A stretch of 64,000 nt of DNA from the NCBI GenBank assembly GCA_030054035.1, contig JASGCS010000001.1:149515-213514 (forward strand), written 5' to 3'. The DNA is from Candidatus Methylacidiphilales bacterium (GTDB lineage: Bacteria > Pseudomonadota > Gammaproteobacteria > JASGCS01). The first letter of the stretch is position 1; each line of letters begins with the position of its first letter. The notes under the pieces were generated by a model. That model was not told where the DNA came from, did not search any database, and saw nothing but the letters and a program-made list of their open reading frames with translations. This document shows positions 19,560-30,624 of this stretch, piece after piece. The translations under genes and the position numbers were made by a program.

Positions 19560-20350
19560 AGAATAAGATCTGCCAATGAAAACCATCCATTTTTTTTTGT
19601 ATGTAATTTTGTAGCAGCGAACAGCGCACCCTCAGCAAAAACTGAGCGATCAAAGGCTTGATGGGTTAGGGTAATTTTTTCATGGCCAAAATAAAATGAC
19701 ACCGAATGATCACCAATCACCTCACCGACTCTTTCAATCGCAATTGAAATTTCTTTCTTTGAAAGAGGTTTATTTTTACCAAATTTAGCAATTAGTGGGC
19801 TTCTTGGTACTTGCAGACCTCTATTAACAGCACCTAACAGCGATAGTGCAGTTCCAGAAGGAGCATCAATTTTATGGATATGATGGGTGTCATGAATACT
19901 AATACTTGCCATATCTTGCAAAATAGAAGATATCATAGTTAAATTTCTTTCAAGAACCGCTACTCCAAGACTCATATTTGAAGAAATCAAAACTTTTGTA
20001 TATTTTGAAATACTCTTCAATTTTAATTTTGTTTTATCAGAGATCATCGTTGAGCCTACTATCAAAGAGTAGTTAGGTTTCTTAATGTGGTTTACTAAAT
20101 CAGAAGTGCCATGCTTACCACTAAAGTCTATTAAGACATCAAAATTTTCTTTGTCCTGTAGGGTAGCGCAACTACGAAGTTTTATAGGGAGTGTTAGAAA
20201 TGACGACCCTAATAATGGGTGTGCATTATGTTCGAATACACTTGTCAAGGAAAGTTTGTATTGACTATGTGAAAATGATTGAAGGGCGTTGTAAGTAGCC
20301 ACCCCCATCCTGCCATGGGCACCGTAAATAGCAACGCGAAGAAGTTTCAT
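19556..20350 (-). CDS. dapB: 4-hydroxy-tetrahydrodipicolinate reductase
   Basis: GAHGRMG, IDFS, SNMSLGV, HHIHKIDAPSGTA, GDHSV, FAEGA. Confidence 0.92.
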   Translation of the reverse strand: MKLLRVAIYGAHGRMGVATYNALQSFSHSQYKLSLTSVFEHNAHPLLGSSFLTLPIKLRSCATLQDKENFDVLIDFSGKHGTSDLVNHIKKPNYSLIVGSTMISDKTKLKLKSISKYTKVLISSNMSLGVAVLERNLTMISSILQDMASISIHDTHHIHKIDAPSGTALSLLGAVNRGLQVPRSPLIAKFGKNKPLSKKEISIAIERVGEVIGDHSVSFYFGHEKITLTHQAFDRSVFAEGALFAATKLHTKKNGWFSLADLIL

Positions 20351-20364
20351 TAATTTATTTTAAT

Positions 20365-21516
20365 TCACTTTGCAAACAAATGCTTTATTGTTTCATACCA
20401 TTTTTTTGTTTTCGTTGCTTGGTAGTTACTATTCTCAAAGATATCTTTTAAAGAAGTGATTTGCTCAATTGCTTTTTTTGTTAAGGATGTTGGGATTTGG
20501 GCATGCAAGAGACAATGAAGATCTCCAACTTCCGATTTTGATCGAAGATATTTAATACCTTTACCCTTAACTGTAATAGTTTCACCTGATTGAGTACCTG
20601 CAATTACAGAAAGTTGTAGTGTAGTACCATCAACCCATGGTACTAAAATATTTCCACCTAAGATTAGAGTTGTAACAGGTACTGGTACAGTACAATGAAG
20701 ATCATATTCATTGCGAACATAAAAATCATGGGGTTTAATCTTTACTGAAATATACAAACCACCTCTTGAACCATTTCTAATACCTGCATTTCCCTCACCA
20801 GAAAGTTGGATAGTGTTACCATTATCAATTCCCGCAGGAATCGATACGGATATATTTTTTTTACTAGAAATCCTACCATTTCCTTTACAAGTTGTGCAAG
20901 GTTTGTTTATTGAAATTCCCTGCCCTCTACACTTTAAACAAGTTTGTTGATAGATGAGAAAACCTTGTTGGGTACTTATCTTTCCAGAACCTTTACACGC
21001 AGAACAATGTTCTATACCGCCAGTAGAATCAGCTCCTTTTCCATCACATGTATTGCAAGCATCATATCTTTTGTATTCAATATCTTTTTTAACTCCTAGA
21101 ACACTTTCAGCAAATGAGATATCAATTTCAATTTTTAGCGACTCACCCGGTGTATTATGATTGTTTTTTGAACTGCGACCTGAGCGATCTCCAAAAAAAT
21201 TATCAAACACATCTCCGAAAATATCTCCTAGATTTGAAAAATCACCAAAATTTGTTTCAAAACCATCTCGTGATTGTGAAGCCGCTTGCGCCATATCTGA
21301 CCCATAGCGATCATACATTGCTCTTTTTTTTGAATCTGAAAGAACTGTATAAGCTTCATTAATTTCTTTAAATTTTGCTTCAGCTTTTTTATCTCCTGGA
21401 TTTTTGTCAGGATGATATTGCATAGCAAGTTTTCTATACGACTTTTTAAGCTCGTCTTCTGTGGCTTGCTGATTAACTCCTAAAATAGAATAATAATCTT
21501 TACTCAAAACATACAC
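20365..21516 (-). CDS. dnaJ: Chaperone DnaJ
   Basis: [16 protein letters not shown] region, four CxxCxGxG repeats. Confidence 0.96.
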   Translation of the reverse strand: MYVLSKDYYSILGVNQQATEDELKKSYRKLAMQYHPDKNPGDKKAEAKFKEINEAYTVLSDSKKRAMYDRYGSDMAQAASQSRDGFETNFGDFSNLGDIFGDVFDNFFGDRSGRSSKNNHNTPGESLKIEIDISFAESVLGVKKDIEYKRYDACNTCDGKGADSTGGIEHCSACKGSGKISTQQGFLIYQQTCLKCRGQGISINKPCTTCKGNGRISSKKNISVSIPAGIDNGNTIQLSGEGNAGIRNGSRGGLYISVKIKPHDFYVRNEYDLHCTVPVPVTTLILGGNILVPWVDGTTLQLSVIAGTQSGETITVKGKGIKYLRSKSEVGDLHCLLHAQIPTSLTKKAIEQITSLKDIFENSNYQATKTKKWYETIKHLFAK

Positions 21517-21534
21517 CGATAATTTAAAACATTA

Positions 21535-23463
21535 TTATGAATCTTTTTTTGATAAATCTTCAAAATCAGTCTGAACAATATTTTCGTCATTTGGCTGTTT
21601 TGAGTCTTGGTTTTGATTTTTATTTTTCTCAGCCTCTGATTTATGGGTATACCATCGTTGCAAATGGGGAGAGGATTCTTGGGCAAACTCTTCAATAGCT
21701 TTTTTAATAACTTCAGCATCATTATTATTGTCCTGAATAATACCCTTTGCTTTTGTAATTGCATTTTGCAATAGATTTTTTTCATCAGGAGTAAAAAAAT
21801 CCCCAGCTTCAGTGATTGTTTTTTCTAAAGCATGTATTGTTGATTCAAGAGTATTCGCAATAGAGATTCGATCTTTTAATTTATTATCCGCTTCTTCATT
21901 CTTTTTTGCGTCTTCTATCATCTCCCTAATTTCTTTTTCTGTCAAACCACCAGATGGAGTAATGACGATTGATTGTTTTTTATTAGTTTTTTTATCAAGT
22001 GCAGTAACATTTAGGATTCCGTTCGCATCTATATCAAAAGCTACTTCTATCTGAGGTGTCCCTCTTGATTCTGGAGGTATTTCAGTTAAATCAAATCTTC
22101 CCAGTGACTTATTTCCAGATGCGATACCCCTCTCTCCTTGTAATATATGTATCGTAACAGCTGTTTGATTATCTTCAGCAGTTGAAAAAACTTGTGTTGC
22201 TTTTGTTGGTATAGTGGTATTTTTTTCAATTAATTTAGTCATGACACCGCCTAATGTCTCGATCCCTAATGAAAGAGGCGTTACATCTAACAAGAGAACA
22301 TCTTTCATTGAACCACCCAGAACAGCACCTTGAATTGCAGCACCAACAGCAACCGCTTCGTCTGGATTGACGTCTTTTCTAGGTTCTTTCTTAAAGAAAT
22401 CTTTAACGGCTTTTTGAACTAGTGGCATCCTGGTCTGACCTCCAACGAGTATCACTTCGTGAATATCACCTACAGTTAGTTTCGCATCACTCAAAGCAGT
22501 CCTACAAGGAACTAGAGTTTTATCAACAAGATGTTGCACTAAAGACTCTAACGTTGGGCGCGTAATTTTCATAGCAAGATGTTTTGGGCCTTGTGAGTCG
22601 GCTGTAATGTAAGGTAAATTTAGCTCTGTCGATTCAATGGATGAAAGTTCGATTTTTGCCTTTTCAACCGCTTCTTTAAGTCGTTGCAAAGCCAACACAT
22701 CATTTTTTAGATTGATCCCTTGAGATTTATTAAACTCACTTATTACATGTTCAAGTAGAATATTATCAAAATCCTCGCCACCTAAAAATGTATCTCCATT
22801 AGTAGATAATACTTGAAATTGCTGTTCGTCATCTACTGCAGCTATTTCAATAATTGAGATATCAAAAGTACCTCCACCTAGATCAAAAACTGCGACTTTT
22901 TGATCTTTACCTTTTTTTCCTAATCCATAAGCTAGGGCAGCAGCTGTCGGTTCATTTATAATACGCTTAACATCCAAACCAGCAATCCTTCCAGCGTCTT
23001 TTGTTGCCTGTCTTTGTGAGTCATTAAAATATGCTGGTACTGTGATAACAGCCTCTGTAACTGGGGATCCGAGAAAATCTTCTGCTGTTTTTTTCATTTT
23101 TGACAAAATTTTAGCAGAGATTTCTTGTGGTGAATATTTTTCGCCTCGAATCTCAATCCAAGCATCACCATTTTCAGAATTAGTGATGGTGTAAGAAATT
23201 AACGAACTATTTTTAGTTATTTCTGGATCGTTGTATTTTCTACCAATCAATCTTTTTGCAGCAGAGATTGTGTTTTTTGGATTAGTTACAGCTTGTCTTT
23301 TTGCTGCTTGGCCAACGATGATTGTGCCATCTTCACTAAAAGCCACTATTGATGGAGTTGTCCGTGCTCCTTCACTATTTTCAATTACCCGTGGTTGGTC
23401 GCCATCTAAAATCGCAACACAACTGTTTGTGGTTCCTAAATCTATACCTATTACTTTTGACAT
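21535..23463 (-). CDS. dnaK: Chaperone DnaK
   Basis: [40 protein letters not shown]. Confidence 0.98.
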   Translation of the reverse strand: MSKVIGIDLGTTNSCVAILDGDQPRVIENSEGARTTPSIVAFSEDGTIIVGQAAKRQAVTNPKNTISAAKRLIGRKYNDPEITKNSSLISYTITNSENGDAWIEIRGEKYSPQEISAKILSKMKKTAEDFLGSPVTEAVITVPAYFNDSQRQATKDAGRIAGLDVKRIINEPTAAALAYGLGKKGKDQKVAVFDLGGGTFDISIIEIAAVDDEQQFQVLSTNGDTFLGGEDFDNILLEHVISEFNKSQGINLKNDVLALQRLKEAVEKAKIELSSIESTELNLPYITADSQGPKHLAMKITRPTLESLVQHLVDKTLVPCRTALSDAKLTVGDIHEVILVGGQTRMPLVQKAVKDFFKKEPRKDVNPDEAVAVGAAIQGAVLGGSMKDVLLLDVTPLSLGIETLGGVMTKLIEKNTTIPTKATQVFSTAEDNQTAVTIHILQGERGIASGNKSLGRFDLTEIPPESRGTPQIEVAFDIDANGILNVTALDKKTNKKQSIVITPSGGLTEKEIREMIEDAKKNEEADNKLKDRISIANTLESTIHALEKTITEAGDFFTPDEKNLLQNAITKAKGIIQDNNNDAEVIKKAIEEFAQESSPHLQRWYTHKSEAEKNKNQNQDSKQPNDENIVQTDFEDLSKKDS

Positions 23464-23508
23464 ATGTTCCCCTTAATTAAATTATATTTTCGATTTGTAC
23501 TACAAATG

Positions 23509-23533
23509 TAGTGGCATATTGAGTTTTTTCAAG
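23509..23533 (-). promoter_or_regulatory. Putative sigma32 promoter upstream of dnaK
   Basis: Minus strand CTTGAA (23533-23528), 13 nt, CCACTA; resembles CTTGAA-N13-17-CCCCAT. Confidence 0.5.
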
Positions 23534-23543
23534 TACGCACAAT

Positions 23544-24104
23544 TTATTTCTTGACTGTAACCAAGGCAGGTCTAAGTAATCTACCTTGAAGTGTGTAGCC
23601 TTTTTGTAAAACTTGCCCCACAAAACCAACTTCTATATCATCATCCGAGCAGACGCCCATGGCTTGGTGAAAGCTAGGGTCGAATTTTTGATTGATTGGA
23701 TTGACCTCTTCAATCTTTATCCTCTGCATTAATTGCTGTGTTAATGACAATGTCATATTGTACCCCTCAATAAATTGATTGGGCAGAGATTCTTTATTAG
23801 ATTCGCAGAGCGCATTACCAGCAATAAGACTATCATAAATTGTAACTAATTCACTTGCAAAGTCTTCCACAGCAAATTTCCTAACTGTCTCAAGCTCTTT
23901 CTGTGATCTTTTTTTGTAGTTATCAAACTCAGCAGTAGTTCTTATTAACTTATCCCATGTGTCGTCACAGCGTTTTTGTAATTCATCTAGTTTTAATTCA
24001 AACTCTCCCCTTGGTAACTCCGTGGTTAATTGATCGTTAGAAGCTTGATCATTGGTATGAGGAGATTGGGAATTATTTTGTGGTTCTATTTCATCTGTAG
24101 GCAT
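23544..24104 (-). CDS. grpE: Nucleotide exchange factor GrpE
   Basis: AEFDNYKKR, FDPSFHQAM, QKGYTLQGRLLRPALV. Confidence 0.95.
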   Translation of the reverse strand: MPTDEIEPQNNSQSPHTNDQASNDQLTTELPRGEFELKLDELQKRCDDTWDKLIRTTAEFDNYKKRSQKELETVRKFAVEDFASELVTIYDSLIAGNALCESNKESLPNQFIEGYNMTLSLTQQLMQRIKIEEVNPINQKFDPSFHQAMGVCSDDDIEVGFVGQVLQKGYTLQGRLLRPALVTVKK

Positions 24105-24113
24105 ACAGTAAAA

Positions 24114-24146
24114 TACTAGGGTTGAACTATATGTTTTTCAAGGGCG
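24114..24146 (-). promoter_or_regulatory. Putative sigma32 promoter upstream of grpE
   Basis: Minus strand CGCCCTTGAA, 15 nt, CCCTAGTA. Confidence 0.55.
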
Positions 24147-24158
24147 TAACTAAAAAAA

Positions 24159-25376
24159 ATGAAGAGTAGCATCTCACTAACACATCAAGTATCTGTAGGT
24201 TCCATTGTGATTGGTGGAGGAAATCCTATCAGGATTCAATCCATGACTGACACACCAACTGAAGAAACCGAAAAAACAATTAATCAAATAAAGCTTCTTG
24301 CTGACGCTGGGTCTGAATTAGTAAGGGTCAGTGTATACAATTCCGAGGCAAGTTTTAGTGTGGTAGAGATAAAAAATAAATTAGTGCAGAGTGGTTATAT
24401 CGTACCAATAATAGGAGACTTTCATTACAATGGAAACAAAATCCTACAAAGCAACCATGAGTGTGCGGTAGCGTTAGATAAATACAGAATAAATCCTGGA
24501 AATGTTGGGAGAGGGTCAAAACATGATGTAAATTTTTTAGAAATAATAGAAGTTGCAAAGAAATTTAAAAAACCGATTAGGATTGGTGTGAATTGGGGTT
24601 CGATAGACCAACAATTACTTACTAATCTTATGAATGACAACGCTAAGGATGGAAATCCACTAACATCAGAACAGGTACTTGAAAAGGCGCTAATTCAAAG
24701 TGCCCTATTTAGTGCCAATTTTGCAGTAAGTCAAGGACTTCCCCGAGACAAAATTATTGTATCTTGTAAAACAAGTTCGGTTAATTCTTTATTGTCAGTG
24801 TATAGATCATTACGCAAACAATGTAGCTACCCATTGCATGTTGGGCTAACTGAAGCTGGTATGGGTACACAAGGAATAGTACAATCAAGTGTCGCTATAG
24901 GTATCCTACTTTCGGAAGGGATTGGAGAAACCATACGGGTCTCAGTAACTCCTTCAAGCCAGTCAGACAGAAGCCAAGAAGTTAAAATTGCTCAATTCAT
25001 TGTTCAATCTCTTGGGAAACGCAACTTTTCACCGAAAGTAGTATCATGTCCTGGTTGTGGTAGAACTTCAAGTAGTTATTTTCAAACTTTAGCCGAACAT
25101 GTAAATCAATGGCTCAGTTTAAAATTTCCCATAATTAAGGAAACCTATAGCGGTGTCGAAAATCTCACTATTGCTGTAATGGGGTGTGTTGTTAACGGTC
25201 CAGGTGAAGGAAAACAAGCTGATATTGGCATAAGTCTACCTGGAAATGGTGAGGATCCAGTCGCCCCTGTCTATATTTTAGGTAAAAAACATTCTACGTT
25301 AAAGGGGGATCAAATTGCTGAAGAATTTATTTCAATTGTAGAAAACCACATTCATGAACACTTTCAAAAAAAATAA
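24159..25376 (+). CDS. ispG: HMBPP synthase
   Basis: IQSMTDT, DFHYNG, RINPGN, RIGVNWGS, HVGLTEAG, CPGCGR, AVMGCVVNGPGE. Confidence 0.96.
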   Translation: MKSSISLTHQVSVGSIVIGGGNPIRIQSMTDTPTEETEKTINQIKLLADAGSELVRVSVYNSEASFSVVEIKNKLVQSGYIVPIIGDFHYNGNKILQSNHECAVALDKYRINPGNVGRGSKHDVNFLEIIEVAKKFKKPIRIGVNWGSIDQQLLTNLMNDNAKDGNPLTSEQVLEKALIQSALFSANFAVSQGLPRDKIIVSCKTSSVNSLLSVYRSLRKQCSYPLHVGLTEAGMGTQGIVQSSVAIGILLSEGIGETIRVSVTPSSQSDRSQEVKIAQFIVQSLGKRNFSPKVVSCPGCGRTSSSYFQTLAEHVNQWLSLKFPIIKETYSGVENLTIAVMGCVVNGPGEGKQADIGISLPGNGEDPVAPVYILGKKHSTLKGDQIAEEFISIVENHIHEHFQKK

Positions 25377-25400
25377 CATGCGCCGAATTTTCAATTGCTA

Positions 25401-25477
25401 TGGCGCGCCCGGAGAGATTCGAACTCCCGACCCCCTAGTTCGTAGCCAGGTACTCTATCCAACTGAGCTACGGGCGC
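25401..25477 (-). tRNA. tRNA-Arg(ACG)
   Basis: GCGCCCGTAGCTCAGTTGGATAGAGTACCTGGCTACGAACTAGGGGGTCGGGAGTTCGAATCTCTCCGGGCGCGCCA. Confidence 0.96.
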
Positions 25478-25513
25478 GTATTTCTTACATTATATTTTAC
25501 TATTACAATTGAT

Positions 25514-26431
25514 ATGACAATTGAAATATCTTTATTAATTAAAAAAGCTATCTCTTCAATACAGGAATCGATGTACGTCTCAACTGATACTATCACGCTT
25601 TGCATTGCAGCAATTTGTGCGCGAGGTCATATTCTAATTGAGGATACTCCAGGTGTTGGAAAAACTACTTTGGCAAAAATAATTTCGTCGACTTTTTCGT
25701 TGGAGACAAAACGAGTGCAATGTACTAATGATTTACTACCGTCAGATGTTCTTGGGTATTACACATTAAACAACACCAATCAAACTCTCACTTTTAAAAA
25801 AGGTCCTGTTTTTACAAATATTCTTCTTGTGGATGAAATTAACCGTGCAAGTCCTAGAACCCAGAGTGCTTTATTGGAAGTTATGGAAGAGCGTTGCGTC
25901 ACAATAGACGGGACTACAAGTAAAATTCCGGAACCATTTATTGTGCTGGCAACACAAAACCCTTCGGAGCATTCAGGTACATTTCAATTACCACAATCTC
26001 AACTAGATCGATTTATTTGCCGTCTATCATTAGGATATCCAGACGCGCAAAATGAACTCGGGATACTAAAAGGAGTATTTAATTCCAATATAATACCTCA
26101 TGCTTTGATTGATTCAACAATTCTAAATAAGATTTATGACGCAACTCAAAAAATCTGCATGTCTGATTCGGTATTACAGTACCTAATTGAGCTTATTACG
26201 GCAACAAGAAAAAGTAAAGAATTAATTACTGGTATTTCTCCTCGTGGTGCGTTGCAAATAAAATTAATGGCTCAGGCAATTGCTCTTATTCAAGGAAGAA
26301 ATTTTGTATTGCCAGATGACATACATACTGTTTTTGTTCCTTGTTGCGAGCATAAAACAAAGTGCGCTGTGCCTGACAAATCAACTATAAGTGTACTTCA
26401 AACTATACTCTCCACAACCCCGTTACCGTAG
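25514..26431 (+). CDS. MoxR-family AAA+ ATPase
   Basis: HILIEDTPGVGKT, RVQCTNDLLPSD, LVDEINRASPRTQSALLEVMEE, ATQNP, QLDRF. Confidence 0.93.
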   Translation: MTIEISLLIKKAISSIQESMYVSTDTITLCIAAICARGHILIEDTPGVGKTTLAKIISSTFSLETKRVQCTNDLLPSDVLGYYTLNNTNQTLTFKKGPVFTNILLVDEINRASPRTQSALLEVMEERCVTIDGTTSKIPEPFIVLATQNPSEHSGTFQLPQSQLDRFICRLSLGYPDAQNELGILKGVFNSNIIPHALIDSTILNKIYDATQKICMSDSVLQYLIELITATRKSKELITGISPRGALQIKLMAQAIALIQGRNFVLPDDIHTVFVPCCEHKTKCAVPDKSTISVLQTILSTTPLP

Positions 26432-27367
26432 ATGATTCGTAGGTTTATAACCTGGCAGCAAAAAATATTTAAAAGGAGAGTCGTAGAAACAGTAGGATAT
26501 TGCAATCCAACATATTCCAAACTATATATTATCCCAACTCCCATAGGGATAATTTTTGGCATTTTAATCTTTGTCCAGCTGTTAGCGGCGTATAATTATG
26601 GAAATAATATTGTTTACGCTTACGCATTTATACATACCTCTTGGTTTCTCTTTGCAATTATTAAAAACTTTACCTGCGGTTTATTTGTAGAGATAGATCC
26701 TGTCTTCCCTTATCTTGTGCAAGCTCACTCACCTTTCTGCATTACATTAAAAATACCTAAATTAAAGAGAGAAACCTCACTGGTAATTCTATTAAAGGCA
26801 ACAGATGAAAATTACCGTCTATATTGCACAACTGCGAAGCAGACTTCTTTGTCAATTAATCTATTTTCAAATCAACGAGGAATTGTTTCTATACCAGAGT
26901 TTGTGGTTTCTACTACATCACCATTTGGGTTAACTAAAACGTACTGGTTTTTAAAATGTAAGAATACAATCCCCTGTTACCCCAAACCTATAGGTATCCC
27001 ATTACATCTACTAATCTCACAGCAAAGTAGAAATATTGAGGGAGTTGAATTTCAATATCATAGAGACTGGATTGAGTCCGATTCTTTATCAAAAATTGAT
27101 TGGAGAATATACTTTAAAAATAGGAAGAAATTTTCTAAAGTATTTTCAAACTCATCAAACAGCTCAACATTGTTGTTTGATTTTGACTCACTGCACGGTG
27201 ATACAGAAACTAGATTATCTCAATTATGTTTATGGATAATCGAAGCGAATAAACTTCGAAAAGAATATACAGTACAATTACAGAAAGAATTCTATAGGAG
27301 TGGAATTGGTGATATTCATACTAATGAATGTCTAGTTGCACTTTCTCGCTTCAAATTACCATGTTAA
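26432..27367 (+). CDS. DUF58 domain membrane protein
   Basis: IIPTPIG..LLAAYNYGNN, TTSPFGL, EFQYHRDW..DSLSKIDWR, RLSQLC; middle gene of moxR triplet. Confidence 0.85.
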   Translation: MIRRFITWQQKIFKRRVVETVGYCNPTYSKLYIIPTPIGIIFGILIFVQLLAAYNYGNNIVYAYAFIHTSWFLFAIIKNFTCGLFVEIDPVFPYLVQAHSPFCITLKIPKLKRETSLVILLKATDENYRLYCTTAKQTSLSINLFSNQRGIVSIPEFVVSTTSPFGLTKTYWFLKCKNTIPCYPKPIGIPLHLLISQQSRNIEGVEFQYHRDWIESDSLSKIDWRIYFKNRKKFSKVFSNSSNSSTLLFDFDSLHGDTETRLSQLCLWIIEANKLRKEYTVQLQKEFYRSGIGDIHTNECLVALSRFKLPC

Positions 27368-29319
27368 ATACTACAAATGCTCAATCAATTCAATCACACA
27401 AGCATATTGTTTTTATCTTGTTTATTTTCAATTCACTCCCTCAAATTCAACATCATCCTTGGTGGGTTGTGCCAATGCTTGCGCTCTTCTACGTAGTAAC
27501 ACTACGTCTATCGATTACCAATAAAAAACTATCTACATACCTTATATTTGGATTGATTCCTATTGTATTTTTTATTTTTTTATATCAATTAAATAAATCA
27601 AATGGCGGGCTTTATTGGGGGAGTTCTTTGCTACTTTCAGCTACTGGATTTAAAATAGCTGAAACCGAAAATCAGAAAGATTTAAAGATAACTTGCTTTC
27701 TGTTAATAATGTTAAATCTCACATCTTTATTATACAAAGTTGAGATTATAAATGTAATGTATTCATCAGTTTTACTAATTATTAATTTGGCATTATTTAA
27801 TTTTACTGAGCAACAATTATTTTCAATCAAAAAATATATTGCTGCATGTAACCAGACTTTGATAATGATAGTAATCATGTTACCACTAACAATCGTCCTG
27901 TTTGTTTTTTATCCTAGATATAGTTCTGGGTATTCAAATCAAACACCTGAAGATAAAAATATTTCTGTTAGTGGTCTACCTGAAGTAATGGATATGAATT
28001 CTATAGAGTCCTTGACGCTTTCTAATGAAATACAGTTTATTGCTAAAATCGAACCAGAAATTGTGCGTGAAGATCTTTACTTTAGAGCAAAATCTTTAGG
28101 TATGTATAAAAATAATTCATGGAATGAGATCTACCAACAAACCCTCTCAACTAGTGAGTTTTTAAAGTGGAGAACACCCCAAAAGCAGCAAGAAACCTAT
28201 CAAATAAAGACGTTATATCGACAGCCAATTAAAAGATGGTATTACACGTTAGAGCGTGTTGTATCAATCTCAGGAAATTATCAACCTCTCAGTAGCGGAG
28301 ATCTGTTATCTAATGAAATAACTGGAATTAAATTTAATACCAGTGAATCAACAATAGACGGAAACTTACCAGATCAATTAACTCAATATGAGCAATTTCA
28401 GTATACCTACATTGATAGGTCGCAAAATCCAAAAACATTTCAACTAGGAAACGAGCTAAAACAAAACACCACACTTGATACTATAAAACAAATAAATATG
28501 TTTTTTAAAGATGCTAATTTACAATACACACTATCACCCGGAAAATCTCCCCAAAATTCTTCAGATTATTTTCTATTTATAAACAAAAAAGGATTTTGTG
28601 AGCATTTTGCTAGCTCGTATGCATTATTACTTAGAGCATCGGGAGTACCGAGCAGAATTGTGCTAGGTTTTCTTGGTGGAGAATGGGATTCATATAGCAA
28701 AGGCTATGTGATTAGAAATAAACACGCACATGCATGGGTAGAGGCATATTCTTACGAAACCGAAGAATGGTTAAGAGTTGATCCTACAACCTTAGTTGTC
28801 GCGTCTGAAACAATACAATCGTTATTTCAAAAGAAGAGTGACGCAGACTCAGTGCAAGAAATTATGTTTTCCATGTTTCAATCAATAGATTTTTGGTGGA
28901 ACGAAAACATTGTTGGATACACAGGAACAAAAAGTGACGACGGCTTACAAGAAAGCGCATCACATGTTTTAGGGTTTAAACCATTGTATGGATGGTTGCT
29001 ACTTGGTTTATTATTATTAGTATTTTTTATTCAAGAGATAACAAATTACTTTAAGAATAAGAATAATTATAACCAGATTTTAAAAAATAAATGGGGAAAT
29101 TTTTTAGTTATTCTTAGAGGTCAGGGATTTGATTTTTATCCTCATGAAACTGAAGAAAATATAAAAATCAGGGTAATCAATCAACATTCGAAAGATCGAA
29201 GACATATAAAAAAAATAGTTCGATATATAAATCTATTCCAGAAAATAAAATATTTTACAAGATTCAAGAACAAATCAAAACTACTTGATCTGCGATTAAA
29301 AATTATTAAAAAATCTTAA
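27328..29319 (+). CDS. Multi-TM transglutaminase-domain protein (TgpA-like)
   Basis: N-terminal TM region; [29 protein letters not shown] (Cys-His-Asp triad). Confidence 0.9.
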   Translation: MSSCTFSLQITMLNTTNAQSIQSHKHIVFILFIFNSLPQIQHHPWWVVPMLALFYVVTLRLSITNKKLSTYLIFGLIPIVFFIFLYQLNKSNGGLYWGSSLLLSATGFKIAETENQKDLKITCFLLIMLNLTSLLYKVEIINVMYSSVLLIINLALFNFTEQQLFSIKKYIAACNQTLIMIVIMLPLTIVLFVFYPRYSSGYSNQTPEDKNISVSGLPEVMDMNSIESLTLSNEIQFIAKIEPEIVREDLYFRAKSLGMYKNNSWNEIYQQTLSTSEFLKWRTPQKQQETYQIKTLYRQPIKRWYYTLERVVSISGNYQPLSSGDLLSNEITGIKFNTSESTIDGNLPDQLTQYEQFQYTYIDRSQNPKTFQLGNELKQNTTLDTIKQINMFFKDANLQYTLSPGKSPQNSSDYFLFINKKGFCEHFASSYALLLRASGVPSRIVLGFLGGEWDSYSKGYVIRNKHAHAWVEAYSYETEEWLRVDPTTLVVASETIQSLFQKKSDADSVQEIMFSMFQSIDFWWNENIVGYTGTKSDDGLQESASHVLGFKPLYGWLLLGLLLLVFFIQEITNYFKNKNNYNQILKNKWGNFLVILRGQGFDFYPHETEENIKIRVINQHSKDRRHIKKIVRYINLFQKIKYFTRFKNKSKLLDLRLKIIKKS

Positions 29320-30542
29320 TGGGCTTGCTTTGTCCAATCGTAATTTTCAACATCGACACCATCTAAATGCATTTCCCATAGTGGAGACATTTCACGTAGT
29401 CGCTGTACTGATTCTTTAATTTTAGTAATAACAAAATTGATTTCATCCTCAGTTGTGTATTTTCCTACAGCAATGCGTAATGATGAGTGTGCTAATTCAT
29501 CAGATAAGCCAAGAGCACGAAGCACGTACGATGGCTCAAGAGAAGCTGAAGTGCAAGCAGATCCAGAGGACACAGCGATCCCTTGTAATGACATCAATAG
29601 TGACTCACCTTCTACATATGAAAAACTAATATTTAGGTGTCCGGGTAATCTATGTGCTCTAGATCCATTAACGCTTACTTCGGGAATTTTTAGCAATTCC
29701 TTTTCTAAAATATCTCGCAATCGTGAAATTCTCAATGCTTCTGAATTCATGATTTCTTTTGCTATCTCACAAGCTTTACCTAAGCCGACTATTTGATGCG
29801 TAGGCAAAGTTCCCGAGCGAATACCAAATTCATGGCCTCCTCCATGCATTTGAGATATAAGTCTGACTTTAGGCTTTCTACGCACATATAGAATTCCAAT
29901 ACCTTTTGGGCCATAGATTTTATGTCCAGATAGGCTCAACAGGTCTATGTTTTGATCATCTACAGAGATTGGGATCTTTCCAGCACTCTGCGAAGCGTCA
30001 ACATGATAGATGATACCTTTTTGCCTACATATTTCACCTATTTTTTTTATATCTTGAATCACGCCAGTTTCATTATTGGCGTGCATAATTGATACGATTG
30101 TTGTATCAGGTCTTAAAGATTGATTAAATGCTTCAAAGTCTAATAATCCGTCTGAATTTGGAGTTAAATAGGTAGCATCCCATCCTCTTCGTTCCATCTC
30201 CCGAACCGTATCAAGAACTGCTTTATGTTCGGTTTTCATGGTAACAATATGTTTCCCTTTATTTACATTAAACTCAGCAACTCCTTTGATAGCAATATTA
30301 TTAGATTCCGTTGCGCCAGAAGTAAAAATTATCTCTCTCGATGAGCACCCAAGAAGATCTGCAACTTGCGCTCTTGCACACTCAACTGCCTCTTCTGCTT
30401 TCCAGCCAAAAGAGTGCGTTCGGGAGGCAGGATTACCAAAATTACCATCTATGGTGAGGCATCCAAACATTAATTTAGCAACCTCTGGATCGACAGGTGT
30501 GGTTGCAGCGTAATCTAAGTATATTTTTCTCGTCTCGTCCAT
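29316..30542 (-). CDS. iscS: Cysteine desulfurase IscS
   Basis: [46 protein letters not shown]. Confidence 0.96.
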   Translation of the reverse strand: MDETRKIYLDYAATTPVDPEVAKLMFGCLTIDGNFGNPASRTHSFGWKAEEAVECARAQVADLLGCSSREIIFTSGATESNNIAIKGVAEFNVNKGKHIVTMKTEHKAVLDTVREMERRGWDATYLTPNSDGLLDFEAFNQSLRPDTTIVSIMHANNETGVIQDIKKIGEICRQKGIIYHVDASQSAGKIPISVDDQNIDLLSLSGHKIYGPKGIGILYVRRKPKVRLISQMHGGGHEFGIRSGTLPTHQIVGLGKACEIAKEIMNSEALRISRLRDILEKELLKIPEVSVNGSRAHRLPGHLNISFSYVEGESLLMSLQGIAVSSGSACTSASLEPSYVLRALGLSDELAHSSLRIAVGKYTTEDEINFVITKIKESVQRLREMSPLWEMHLDGVDVENYDWTKQAH

Positions 30543-30624
30543 AGTCTATTTATCCTTTAAGTTTTTATGCATAAGTTAGTGATTAGTACCATTATATTGT
30601 AAAATGAAATGCTTTTAATACCGC

